The notes beneath the pieces are model-generated. The model made no database searches, was not told the origin of the DNA, and was given only the letters and a program-made list of their open reading frames with translations. Made by a program: the position numbers and the translations under genes. A stretch of DNA of 33,235 bases from an uncultured Bacteriovoracaceae bacterium. Its GTDB lineage: Bacteria; Bdellovibrionota; Bacteriovoracia; Bacteriovoracales; Bacteriovoracaceae. The stretch spans positions 1 to 33,235 of the forward strand of contig CAXGUD010000040.1 of the NCBI GenBank assembly GCA_964012805.1. Reading direction: 5' to 3'. Numbering within the stretch: the stretch's first letter is position 1; every line of letters begins with the position of its first letter. This document shows positions 18,084 through 26,881 of the stretch, one piece after another.

Positions 18084-18995
18084 TTAATAAAGGAATTCCT
18101 CAATTGTTTTCTTAACTTCTTTTTTTACTACTTCAGCCTTTTCAGGATTTTCTTGAAACTGATCATCTAACTCAAACAGTTTTTGCCAAAGAGTACTGCC
18201 ATCAGATTTTTTCTTGAAACTTAGTGGGGCTTTCATTCCATAGACCTCATCCCAAACTTCTCTAACCTGAAACCAGTAAGTTTTATGATCTTTCCACCAG
18301 TCTTTTGCTTTATTACAAAGTGAATCAGATACCTTCATATAAGTATTTAAACCCTTTTCCATAACTAGAGGTTTTTCAAAATCTTTGGTTTTTAAAATCT
18401 TCACATTATCTTGGTCATGAACATGACCCGCAGAAATTAACTCGTGGCGGTTAGTCCTTTGAAGAATATTATAGTCACTCCTCTTAGAATACTCTCGTCT
18501 AGGAAGAGGTGCATTTGTCGTGCATTCCCAGAAACTTTTCTGATTATAGTGGAACCAAGGAGCTGAACATTCATACCGTGGACTATCGTCTACCTGATAA
18601 ACCTTCTGAGTCCACGTTCCCTGAACTTTTAAAGAGTCTAGCTCTTTTGGAGTCCATTTATAGCCTCCTTGATATTCATAAAGTGATGTTTCTTCATGAA
18701 CCCATTCCTGCCTCCAGTGCTTAATAATGTAGGGACCATTGACCAAAAGATGTTGAAGAGAAATCTTTCCTTGCTTTTCAGAGTCAAGTAAAACCAACTC
18801 TAAAACAGGACCTGATTGAAACCTCCCTCGATATTCATAGTTCTTACTCATAGAAAATGTTTCAGCATTTCTAAAAGTAACCCTATAACAACCTGCCATC
18901 TTTTTGATAGATTCAACGTCCTTGTTATAATTATTGTGAGCAAATGCACTTATGTTTAAAAGGAGCGCAAAAATGCTAATAGATATTTTTTTCAT
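18084..18995 (-). CDS. DUF6607-like secreted protein
   Basis: Signal peptide, IK.M.GCY.V.F..AETF, LQHLL, KHWRQEW, WTQKVYQVDDSPRYE, PLPRRE, NRHE, H.QDN.K. Confidence 0.75.
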   Translation of the reverse strand: MKKISISIFALLLNISAFAHNNYNKDVESIKKMAGCYRVTFRNAETFSMSKNYEYRGRFQSGPVLELVLLDSEKQGKISLQHLLVNGPYIIKHWRQEWVHEETSLYEYQGGYKWTPKELDSLKVQGTWTQKVYQVDDSPRYECSAPWFHYNQKSFWECTTNAPLPRREYSKRSDYNILQRTNRHELISAGHVHDQDNVKILKTKDFEKPLVMEKGLNTYMKVSDSLCNKAKDWWKDHKTYWFQVREVWDEVYGMKAPLSFKKKSDGSTLWQKLFELDDQFQENPEKAEVVKKEVKKTIEEFLY

Positions 18996-19017
18996 TTTTT
19001 ATCCTCCGAACTGATTT

Positions 19018-19659
19018 TTAAATAAGATCAAATCCCATTTTTATTGAGTAACCTCTAACATCTCCTTGAATCGTCCATTGAAGAATTCCTAATCCTTTAG
19101 CATCCTGATGAGTAACTGCTTCAATTTCAATATTTTCAACCGTTTCCTCCCTAAGAGAATGCTCACTAATAACTCCCATATCAAGAGCCTTTAGTATTAA
19201 CATTTTTTCTAAAACGCGAAGGTTTGAGTTTTTCACCTCATTAATCTTTATGACATTGCAATCTTTAAAAGTCTGATTATTTAAAGAGACAGAATCTTTT
19301 TTACCAAGAAAGGTCATTTTTAAATTAGAAGTTTTAATGGCACTATTTTCTAAGCTCGCCCAAAAATAATCATCAAAAACTTCATTTGGCATCATAAGAC
19401 GGATTGTTCCAGCCCTTCTTCCAGCCCACTTGACCATAACATCATATTTCCAGTGAACAAGGTACTCTGACTGCCCGTCGACCTCTTTTAATTCCATTAT
19501 TTGAAATTTACTTTTCCCGGATTGAACCATGTAGTTGGTTCTTGCTTTGTCTTTGATAAGTACAAAATTTGTTTCCTCACCCAAACGATCTTCAAAGGCT
19601 GATAATGTAAGCGACCAACCTAAAACACAAACTAAAGCGAGAGATAAAATTTTTTTCAT
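19018..19659 (-). CDS. Secreted hypothetical protein, beta-rich
   Basis: MKK signal peptide, AAGGA RBS, first gene of a 4-gene minus-strand unit. Confidence 0.75.
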   Translation of the reverse strand: MKKILSLALVCVLGWSLTLSAFEDRLGEETNFVLIKDKARTNYMVQSGKSKFQIMELKEVDGQSEYLVHWKYDVMVKWAGRRAGTIRLMMPNEVFDDYFWASLENSAIKTSNLKMTFLGKKDSVSLNNQTFKDCNVIKINEVKNSNLRVLEKMLILKALDMGVISEHSLREETVENIEIEAVTHQDAKGLGILQWTIQGDVRGYSIKMGFDLI

Positions 19660-19744
19660 AACTTTTCCTTTGATAATTAATAATTCATACTTCTAAGTTC
19701 TTAATTTTTGATTTTTGATTCATCGATAGCTATTATAATAGTTT

Positions 19745-19796
19745 ATGTTATGAAACTTTTTTTTGACTTGTCAAACTATTTGAAATTGTCTACATT
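19745..19796. promoter_or_regulatory. Divergent promoters with overlapping -35 boxes
   Basis: Minus strand: TTGACA (19774-19769), 18 nt, TAACAT (19750-19745). Plus strand: TTGTCA (19768-19773), 17 nt, TACATT (19791-19796). Confidence 0.45.
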
Positions 19797-19824
19797 TTCG
19801 ATGACTTTTGAAAAAGGTATCGAA

Positions 19825-20313
19825 ATGACGGTAGGCGAAGGAAAGTTTGTTGATTTAAGTTTTAAAGTCTTCATCTTTACCGAAAACTCAGATGTCAGAG
19901 TCTATACTAAAAGCAACTTTAACTACTTCCACCCCTCTATTCACTTCTTTAAAAAAGTACAGAAAGCCTTAGTAGGAGCCCATGTTCATGAAAGAGTCAT
20001 TGTTAACCTTGAGCCTCATGAAGCTTACGGAGATTATGATAATGACCTTGTTTTTACGGTAGACAGAAATATAGAAAATGGTGCTTTTGACCCGAAGATA
20101 GGACACAAGTTTAGTCTGGAAATGAATGATGGAAGAAACAAGATAGGCAAAGTGATTTTTAAAGATGATAATCATATTTACTTAGATACAAACCACCCTT
20201 TGGCAGGAGCAAAGCTAAAGTTTGATATTTATGTAAAAAAAATATCCAATACGGAAAATAAAGTTTCATTTCCCCAACGAAAAATATTTGAAGATGGCTT
20301 TAACTTTAGGTGA
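19825..20313 (+). CDS. FKBP-type peptidyl-prolyl isomerase, SlyD/FkpB-like, no His-rich tail
   Basis: LEP.EAYG.YD.DLV and LDTNHPLAG.KL.FDI. Start moved to ATG 19825 (AAAGG upstream). Confidence 0.8.
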   Translation: MTVGEGKFVDLSFKVFIFTENSDVRVYTKSNFNYFHPSIHFFKKVQKALVGAHVHERVIVNLEPHEAYGDYDNDLVFTVDRNIENGAFDPKIGHKFSLEMNDGRNKIGKVIFKDDNHIYLDTNHPLAGAKLKFDIYVKKISNTENKVSFPQRKIFEDGFNFR

Positions 20314-20320
20314 GAAAAAT

Positions 20321-22033
20321 ATGAGCGTAATAGAAATTAAAAATTTAAGTGTTGATTTTACTGTTGATGGTAAACCAGTTCACGCAGTCAAAAACTCTTC
20401 TTTAACTATAAAAGAAGGTGAAACATTTGGGCTTGTTGGAGAATCCGGCTCCGGTAAAAGTGTGACTTCCCTGGCAATCATGGGTCTTCTTCCTAAGCCA
20501 CAAGCAAAAATCTCGAGTGGAGAAATCCTCTATAAAGGAAAAAATATATTAAATTTCTCTAAAAAAGAAATGACTCAAATCAGAGGTAATAAAATTACCA
20601 TGATTTTTCAAGAGCCAATGACAAGCCTTAACCCTGTCTTTAAAATTGGAAATCAAATTACTGAAACTATCCTTCTTCACCAGGAAGCTTCAAAAGCCGA
20701 AGCCAAAGAAAGGGCCATCCAACTCCTTGATGAAGTAGGTATACCTGACCCAGCAAGAAAATTTGATGATTACCCTCACCAACTCTCAGGAGGCCAAAGA
20801 CAAAGAGTCATGATCGCAATTGCTCTGGCATGTGAACCTGACCTTATGATCTGTGATGAACCTACAACGGCCCTCGATGTGACAATTCAAAAGCAGGTCT
20901 TAGAACTCCTTGTTAACCTAAAAAAGCACCATAAGATGAGTATTCTTTTTATTAGCCATGACCTCTCTGTTGTTGCAGAAATTGCTGATCATGTCGCAGT
21001 CATGAACCAGGGGGTTATTGTTGAGCAGGGAACAACTGAAGACCTTTTTTTAAACCCTAAACATCCTTATACAAAAGGTTTATTGGCATGCCGCCCGTCC
21101 TTAGGAGATAACCCTAAGAGGCTTCCGACTGTCCAAGACTTTCTTTCTAAGGATGATGCTAATTTCTCTCTTCCAAAGGAAAAAGTTGAAATAAAAGTCG
21201 AAAAAGACATAAGTAAAAATAATAATCCTGTCCTTCTTGAAGTTAAAAATGTCAAAAAGTATTTTGAAATTAAAGGGGGACTCTTTGGAAGAACGGTTGA
21301 TCATTTCAAAGCCGTTGATGATGTGAGCTTTACTTTAAAAAAAGGTATGACTTTAGGGCTTGTTGGAGAAAGTGGCTCTGGAAAAACAACTTTAGGAAGA
21401 ACAATTCTTCATCTTACAGAGCCTACAAGTGGTCAGATTATTTATAGAGGACAAGACCTATCACATTTGAGTGCGAAGGAAATGAGGCCTTTAAGACAGA
21501 AGCTTCAAATTATTTTCCAAGACCCCTACTCCTCTTTAAACCCAAGGATGACAGTTGGAGAAATTATAACAGAGCCACTCAATATTCATCATATAGGAAA
21601 AGACAAAAAAGAGAGAAAAGAAATTGCCTGTGAACTTTTGAAAAAAGTTGGACTACTCCCTGAGCATTACTCCAGGTATCCTCATGAGTTTTCAGGTGGC
21701 CAAAGACAAAGAATCTGCATCGCTAGGACTTTGACAGTTAAACCTGAGTTTATTATTTGTGATGAGTCCGTTTCAGCTCTAGATGTTTCCATTCAAGCTC
21801 AAGTTCTTAACCTTTTACAAGATCTTCAAGAAGAATTTGATCTTACCTATATTTTTATCTCTCACGACTTAAATGTCGTAAAGTATTTCTCTGACCAGAT
21901 AGCCGTCATGAAAGAAGGAAAAATCGTAGAAATGTCTTCTCCAAGCGAAATATACAAAAATCCAAAAATGGATTATACAAGAAAGCTTATCGATTCAATC
22001 CCCAAAGGAATCTCCAATGAAGTAACTTATTGA
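20321..22033 (+). CDS. Peptide/nickel-type ABC ATPase with duplicated NBD (YejF/GsiA-like)
   Basis: Two GESGSGK Walker A motifs, LSGGQRQR and [16 protein letters not shown] and [12 protein letters not shown]. Start ATG 20321 after AGGTGAG. Confidence 0.92.
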   Translation: MSVIEIKNLSVDFTVDGKPVHAVKNSSLTIKEGETFGLVGESGSGKSVTSLAIMGLLPKPQAKISSGEILYKGKNILNFSKKEMTQIRGNKITMIFQEPMTSLNPVFKIGNQITETILLHQEASKAEAKERAIQLLDEVGIPDPARKFDDYPHQLSGGQRQRVMIAIALACEPDLMICDEPTTALDVTIQKQVLELLVNLKKHHKMSILFISHDLSVVAEIADHVAVMNQGVIVEQGTTEDLFLNPKHPYTKGLLACRPSLGDNPKRLPTVQDFLSKDDANFSLPKEKVEIKVEKDISKNNNPVLLEVKNVKKYFEIKGGLFGRTVDHFKAVDDVSFTLKKGMTLGLVGESGSGKTTLGRTILHLTEPTSGQIIYRGQDLSHLSAKEMRPLRQKLQIIFQDPYSSLNPRMTVGEIITEPLNIHHIGKDKKERKEIACELLKKVGLLPEHYSRYPHEFSGGQRQRICIARTLTVKPEFIICDESVSALDVSIQAQVLNLLQDLQEEFDLTYIFISHDLNVVKYFSDQIAVMKEGKIVEMSSPSEIYKNPKMDYTRKLIDSIPKGISNEVTY

Positions 22034-22110
22034 TTAAATATAATGTAAATTTTATTAAATTGAGAACTTAGTTGGTAAAAGAATTTGTTATATAAATTAA
22101 CGAACTAAAT

Positions 22111-22152
22111 AAAAAGAAAATGGTTAGCACGCAGCACCATTGTTCTTTTTTT
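22111..22152 (+). terminator. Probable intrinsic terminator
   Basis: AAGAAAATGGT...ACCATTGTTC stem followed by a T-run. Confidence 0.45.
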
Positions 22153-22572
22153 ACTCTGATTACTTTCATACTCTCATCCTTTACTGAAAATTCTCTGGGT
22201 TTGTTATGAGGCCAAAGGTTTAAGGAAGCCGAGGGTAGAATCAAAGCAGTTCACCGCTTGAAAGTTGAACACTCCTATGAACAAATTCGGAAAGATTAAG
22301 ACAAGGAAAGGAAGTTAAAGATTTTTTTTACGAATGCGGCTCCCTACAGTGCACTTGTTTTAAAGGATAAAGAGGGAGTAGCAATTTAACTTAGGAGAAA
22401 TGGAAAACTTATAGTAAGGAATGCTAATTAAACTAAGTAATTATTTATAAGCGTTCAGTTTTTGGAGTATCTATTTAATTAATTCATAAAAGTATCAAGC
22501 TAGAATTCTAATTTAATTAGACATACCTAATTTTTGTTTGACTGACAAAACTAACGTAACTATATTAATCTA

Positions 22573-23250
22573 ATGAAATGTCTTTCCTATTTCTTAGTTT
22601 TATTTTTATTACTACCTAATTTTAATTTTGAATCTCAATCTATTGAATATGATGCTTTAACAGGGGCAACATCTCCGGGTGGCGGCTATGACGATGAGCT
22701 TATCGAAGCCATTGAATATCAATACCCCTATAAATGGCTCATTGATATTATTGATAGGACTGAGAATCTTAATGCTAAAAATAGAGATGGTTTTTCCCCT
22801 ATCTTGATGGTCATTGATAAGAACTCACCTAAAAGAGATCAACTTATTCTCTACATGTTAAGAGAAGGAGCTTATGCGCATACCTTTGACAACTTTGGAA
22901 TAAGCGCTCTTCATCTCACAATCTTTAAAAATTTTCCTTCTACTTTTGCTATTTTATTAAAAAATGGTGCTGATCCAGATTTCAAAAATATTAATGGAGA
23001 CACTCCCCTTCATTATGCTGTCCACCAATCTAAGTATTATGATGATAAAAGCAAAGAGGATGAAAAAGATTCTCTCTTAGAAATGATAGAGATTTTGTTA
23101 GAGGAAATGGAAGACCCTTTTATAAAAAATGCCCAGAAGAAGACAGCTCTAGACCTAGCAAGAGAGCAATCTAAAACAACTACTTTTTCAAAAGTAGTTT
23201 ATGAAAATTTAAAATTTTTTTACGATGAAATTGGTGGAAATTCCCAATGA
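22573..23250 (+). CDS. Secreted ankyrin-repeat protein with an N-terminal putative flavinylation motif
   Basis: Signal-like N-terminus, YDALTGATS, ankyrin motifs GFSPI, GISALH...LLKNGAD, GDTPLHYAV, KTALDLA. Confidence 0.85.
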   Translation: MKCLSYFLVLFLLLPNFNFESQSIEYDALTGATSPGGGYDDELIEAIEYQYPYKWLIDIIDRTENLNAKNRDGFSPILMVIDKNSPKRDQLILYMLREGAYAHTFDNFGISALHLTIFKNFPSTFAILLKNGADPDFKNINGDTPLHYAVHQSKYYDDKSKEDEKDSLLEMIEILLEEMEDPFIKNAQKKTALDLAREQSKTTTFSKVVYENLKFFYDEIGGNSQ

Positions 23251-23834
23251 ATAAAATAATTAAAATAACCTTTTTATCTTTTTTTCTTTTTTCTTTTTTC
23301 GCAGAAGCTTCTTATAAAAGAATTCGATCTTGGGACCTTAAGTATTATAAATTGGCGTTTGAAGCAGCAAAGTTTCAAAAAGTGTTAAAAATTGACGACC
23401 CATTTACAATAAACTCTCCTAATAATGAAGTTAAGCAAATTTTTGATGCCAATAAAAAAATGCTTGGCCATATTAGGGAAATATTTACTGATACTGGTTG
23501 TGGTGGTGAATGTGCACCTCTTTTTTTTACAATTGCTTATAATGTAGATGGAACTTATCGGCAATATATAGTTAAAGAAGGTGAGGAACTTTTTAAAGGA
23601 AATGATTATGAATACTTTAATAAAGAAGACTATCTTAGATTAAACTCCCTCCTTCAAAATCCTCCAAAATCTTTTGAAACGTTGAAAGAGCCAAAGGAAA
23701 TACTCAGTGATTGGGATGGAAAAACCGGTGCAACAAAATTGATATATAAAAGTGATGTTATAGAAACTGCCGCCCTCACATGCTTTAGAATTTATCAATA
23801 CAATACTCAAACTCAGAATTTTCTTAAAAACTGA
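23247..23834 (+). CDS. Secreted putative FMN-binding (flavinylated) protein with CxxxC
   Basis: Signal peptide ending AEA, TGCGGECAP, DGKTGAT, AALTC. ATGA overlap with the upstream gene. Confidence 0.7.
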   Translation: MNKIIKITFLSFFLFSFFAEASYKRIRSWDLKYYKLAFEAAKFQKVLKIDDPFTINSPNNEVKQIFDANKKMLGHIREIFTDTGCGGECAPLFFTIAYNVDGTYRQYIVKEGEELFKGNDYEYFNKEDYLRLNSLLQNPPKSFETLKEPKEILSDWDGKTGATKLIYKSDVIETAALTCFRIYQYNTQTQNFLKN

Positions 23835-23848
23835 AAAAGGTTCTTTAA

Positions 23849-24343
23849 ATGTTAAATCTAAGATCTTTTTTTTTCTTTGTAATACTTTTTGTATATAACT
23901 TACCTCTTGGTCAAACAGCTTGCCTTAATCTTGAGAACATTAATAGAGAGGTTAAGATTCCTCAGAGGATATGTTTAGAATCCCCTGAAAAACTTCATCA
24001 AAAATACACACTTATAACTTTTTTTACAACGACCTGCTCGACATGTAAGGAAAATCTTCCAATGCTAAGTAATCTTTATCAAATGTGGCAAAATGAAGTT
24101 TCGATTAAACAAGTTTCTCTAAATCCAAAAAAAGAAATGATAGAAGATTACATTGATGAATACCAAGACCTTCTTCCTTATCCAGTCTACTTTGATCCAA
24201 GTAGAAGTGCTAAAAAACAATTTAATATCCGGTTGGTTCCCACACTAATTCTTCTTCAAAATGGAGTTGGCTTAGTTTTTCGTCATAAAGGAAAAATGAA
24301 TGTAGAGGTCATAAAAAAACTCGAATTATTTTTTAGGAGTTAA
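23849..24343 (+). CDS. TlpA/ResA-like thioredoxin-fold protein
   Basis: Signal peptide, FFTTTCSTCKENLP, YPVYFDP, cis-Pro VPTLIL. Confidence 0.85.
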   Translation: MLNLRSFFFFVILFVYNLPLGQTACLNLENINREVKIPQRICLESPEKLHQKYTLITFFTTTCSTCKENLPMLSNLYQMWQNEVSIKQVSLNPKKEMIEDYIDEYQDLLPYPVYFDPSRSAKKQFNIRLVPTLILLQNGVGLVFRHKGKMNVEVIKKLELFFRS

Positions 24344-24345
24344 AA

Positions 24346-24545
24346 GTGATTAGATCTTTTTTTTTTGTTTTTTTTTAATTTTTCAAAGTTGTTCCTCAAA
24401 AAAAATTCTTGATCTCAGTTTAGTTAACGGATCTGGAATGGATTTTGATAATGCCCTTTCAATACCACAAAGTTTTTCAAAATACTTTTTGGGTAGTCAA
24501 GTAAGTCAAACTCTCACAGGCGGTTGTTCCACTTGCGCAAAGTAA
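24346..24545 (+). pseudogene. Small lipoprotein with C-terminal GGCSTC (DUF4266-like), frameshifted in poly-T as assembled
   Basis: AGGAG RBS and GTG at 24346. That frame hits TAA at 24376. The shifted frame reads LIFQSC...TLTGGCSTCAK* to 24545. One extra T in T10 (24357-24366) or T9 (24368-24376) joins the two frames. Confidence 0.7.
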
Positions 24546-25555
24546 TTTTTCTTCTCCTCTTATTCGTGAAAACGCCTACAATTAAGGCAAAAATTTACAC
24601 TATAGGCGCATCCTTCTCTTACGAAAAAGTAAAATTACCTTCCCTAGAAGTAGCTTATAATTCAGTGCCAAGCCAAAATATATCACTGAACTATACAATC
24701 GATGAAATCAAAAGCTATTGGGGCTCAAGTTTGAATATAAAACAAACTAAAAGAGATTTCTCTAATACTTTTATAAAAAATAAAAAAGGTGTTGAGCAGA
24801 ATATAGCAAACATACACCCTGAAAGTGAAAATGAAACTTCATTTTCCGGATCGGTTTTCTATTCAAAATCTCCTTTTAAAATGTCTATAGGCTTAGGATC
24901 GACTCTTTCTAAAACGCTTTTTCCCTATCAAAGTCTATATTTTTCTTCCCAATACGGTTTTAACCACGGAATTAATAGGTTAGGCATTAGGCTTCAAAAG
25001 TCCTACTTAGAAAACCCTGAAAATTTCTTTACAAACCGAATCAATTTTAAAAAGATTTCTTTCCCCACCAAAGAAACCCGAGAGCGAATTGATCTTTTTT
25101 GGGAAAATATTTGGACTGAAAAATTAAAGACAAAAATATCCTTTTTAGGCTCTTGGAAACCAGAGCTCATTAGGTCTTCACAAGGAGGATCATTCTCACT
25201 TGCTTTTGCACTTAAAGACAATCTCTCTACATTAATTAGATTTAAAAGAATAACCAGCATTAAAAAGAAAGAGCCTCTCGATAATAACGGTTTTTTTGAA
25301 CTTGACATAATTTCGAATCAAATTAGTTATGATCTTAATTTTGAATGGACTATTTTTGGGAATTACACATTAATAAGAGAAATGCGTGAAACTATCGAAG
25401 TTACCCAACAAGCTAGCGACGAATATTTAATTGGCTTCAAACATAATTGGACCGAACATAATATAAGCCAAGCCTGGCAGTTATCTCACATCAGAGGAAA
25501 TATGGATGATAAATCTTTTTCAATTCAAGGAAAGCTTCAATGGACTATAATCTGA
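24533..25555 (+). CDS. Outer-membrane beta-barrel protein (DUF3570-like by context)
   Basis: Signal peptide MRKVIFLLLLF. Alternating amphipathic strands rich in aromatics, with a final strand FSIQGKLQWTII. TTG start overlaps the CxxC tail of the upstream small gene. Confidence 0.65.
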   Translation: MRKVIFLLLLFVKTPTIKAKIYTIGASFSYEKVKLPSLEVAYNSVPSQNISLNYTIDEIKSYWGSSLNIKQTKRDFSNTFIKNKKGVEQNIANIHPESENETSFSGSVFYSKSPFKMSIGLGSTLSKTLFPYQSLYFSSQYGFNHGINRLGIRLQKSYLENPENFFTNRINFKKISFPTKETRERIDLFWENIWTEKLKTKISFLGSWKPELIRSSQGGSFSLAFALKDNLSTLIRFKRITSIKKKEPLDNNGFFELDIISNQISYDLNFEWTIFGNYTLIREMRETIEVTQQASDEYLIGFKHNWTEHNISQAWQLSHIRGNMDDKSFSIQGKLQWTII

Positions 25556-26064
25556 AATCTCACCTGTCAATCATCTTAATTTTAACTTGTATTATTTCAT
25601 GTGGAGAAAATCTAAAACATAAAGTAAAAGAAAAAAATTCAAGCGTAAAAGCCAAGATAAAGATTCTAGAAGGGGAGTTCAAAACTACCCAAAAACTAAC
25701 TAAAAATATTAAAGATTTTTCTAATAAACAACTTATTCTAATGTTTGCTGATAGTTTTTGCATTGAATGTACTAAAAAAACAAGGCTTATAAAAAGCTCT
25801 TTTACAAACTCAAGAAAACCAAAAAATATTTATTTTCTTTCCCTTATAGTGGGAGAAGATCTCGAGGAAGCACATTATTGGAAAAAAGATAATAAAGTTC
25901 CTTGGATAGTTGGAGAAGATGAAGACCTCTCCCTTTTTAAAAAGTATTGCCCGGAACTAAAAACGCCCTGTACTATTATATCAAACCCTGATTACGGAAT
26001 AGTTTTTAGAAAAATAGGAAAGGTTTCTATTGAATTAATACAGAGTTATGTAGGAGAATGGTAG
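25540..26064 (+). CDS. Redoxin/thioredoxin-fold lipoprotein
   Basis: Lipobox IISC, FADSFCIEC, VPWIVGED, second Cys pair CPELKTPC. Confidence 0.8.
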   Translation: MDYNLKSHLSIILILTCIISCGENLKHKVKEKNSSVKAKIKILEGEFKTTQKLTKNIKDFSNKQLILMFADSFCIECTKKTRLIKSSFTNSRKPKNIYFLSLIVGEDLEEAHYWKKDNKVPWIVGEDEDLSLFKKYCPELKTPCTIISNPDYGIVFRKIGKVSIELIQSYVGEW

Positions 26065-26522
26065 TGAATTTTCTTAAAATATATACTCCTATTTCTCTAC
26101 TGTTTTTTCTTTGTTGCTCAAATTCTTTTTCCGCTTTTTCACTAAATGACCTAAAAAATATCAATTCTTCTATAAATATTAAAAATGAAAAGAAAGATAT
26201 CGAACTTTATTACTTTTGGGCTACATGGTGTAGGAGTTGCGAGAGAAAACTTAGAGTTGACCTTCCAAAACTTGAAAGCAAAAAGCTGGCAGTTTATTCA
26301 ATCAATATAGATAAAGATTCCAAAAAAGCTCTTTTTTATATCAAAAAGAAAAAAATTAAAATTCCGGTTCTAAGAGACCCCAAAAAAGAGTGGCAAAAAT
26401 ATTTTAAAATTCAAGCGGTTCCTTCTTGGGTGCTTTTAAAAAAGAATAAAAACAGAACAAGAACTCTTCTTGCAAAAGAACTATCTTTTGATAGAGAAAA
26501 GATTTTAGCTTTTATTAAGTGA
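26058..26522 (+). CDS. TlpA family disulfide reductase
   Basis: Signal peptide, YFWATWCRSC, SINID, IPVLRDP, AVPSWV. Confidence 0.88.
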   Translation: MVVNFLKIYTPISLLFFLCCSNSFSAFSLNDLKNINSSINIKNEKKDIELYYFWATWCRSCERKLRVDLPKLESKKLAVYSINIDKDSKKALFYIKKKKIKIPVLRDPKKEWQKYFKIQAVPSWVLLKKNKNRTRTLLAKELSFDREKILAFIK

Positions 26523-26881
26523 CCTTCTCTTTATATACCAAGCTCAGGTCGTGTTTTTAATTTGCATGATTTAATTCTTATCATTAATTTTAAATTGAAG
26601 CCCCCTCAAAATGTCGAGGGTTTGGTATTATAAGATAGACCTGGTTCCTTAAATTTACTTTATTGGAAGAGGTAATTTTCAAAACTGAGTGAATATTCTT
26701 TTTCAAATTAACCAAATAATTTCACCTCCGGTTCATTTTTATAGTAAGAAATACCGAATATTTGTTTGACAACCAAAACTAAAATTAAAAGCAGTCAAAC
26801 AGAGGTTTGATAAATTAGGATTAATGGGGTTGCAGCAGGATTGCAGAAGATATTGAGAGCAAAAATTTTTGGCACTTAAAG

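Noticed and set aside
19708..19824. Longer start for the SlyD-like ORF
   Set aside because: It runs through the predicted divergent promoter region. ATG 19825 has an RBS and fits the family length.
16450..22033. Orphan ABC components (Fe3+-binding protein, double ATPase) without permeases
   Set aside because: Dispersed ABC subunits are common, and the partners may lie elsewhere in the genome.
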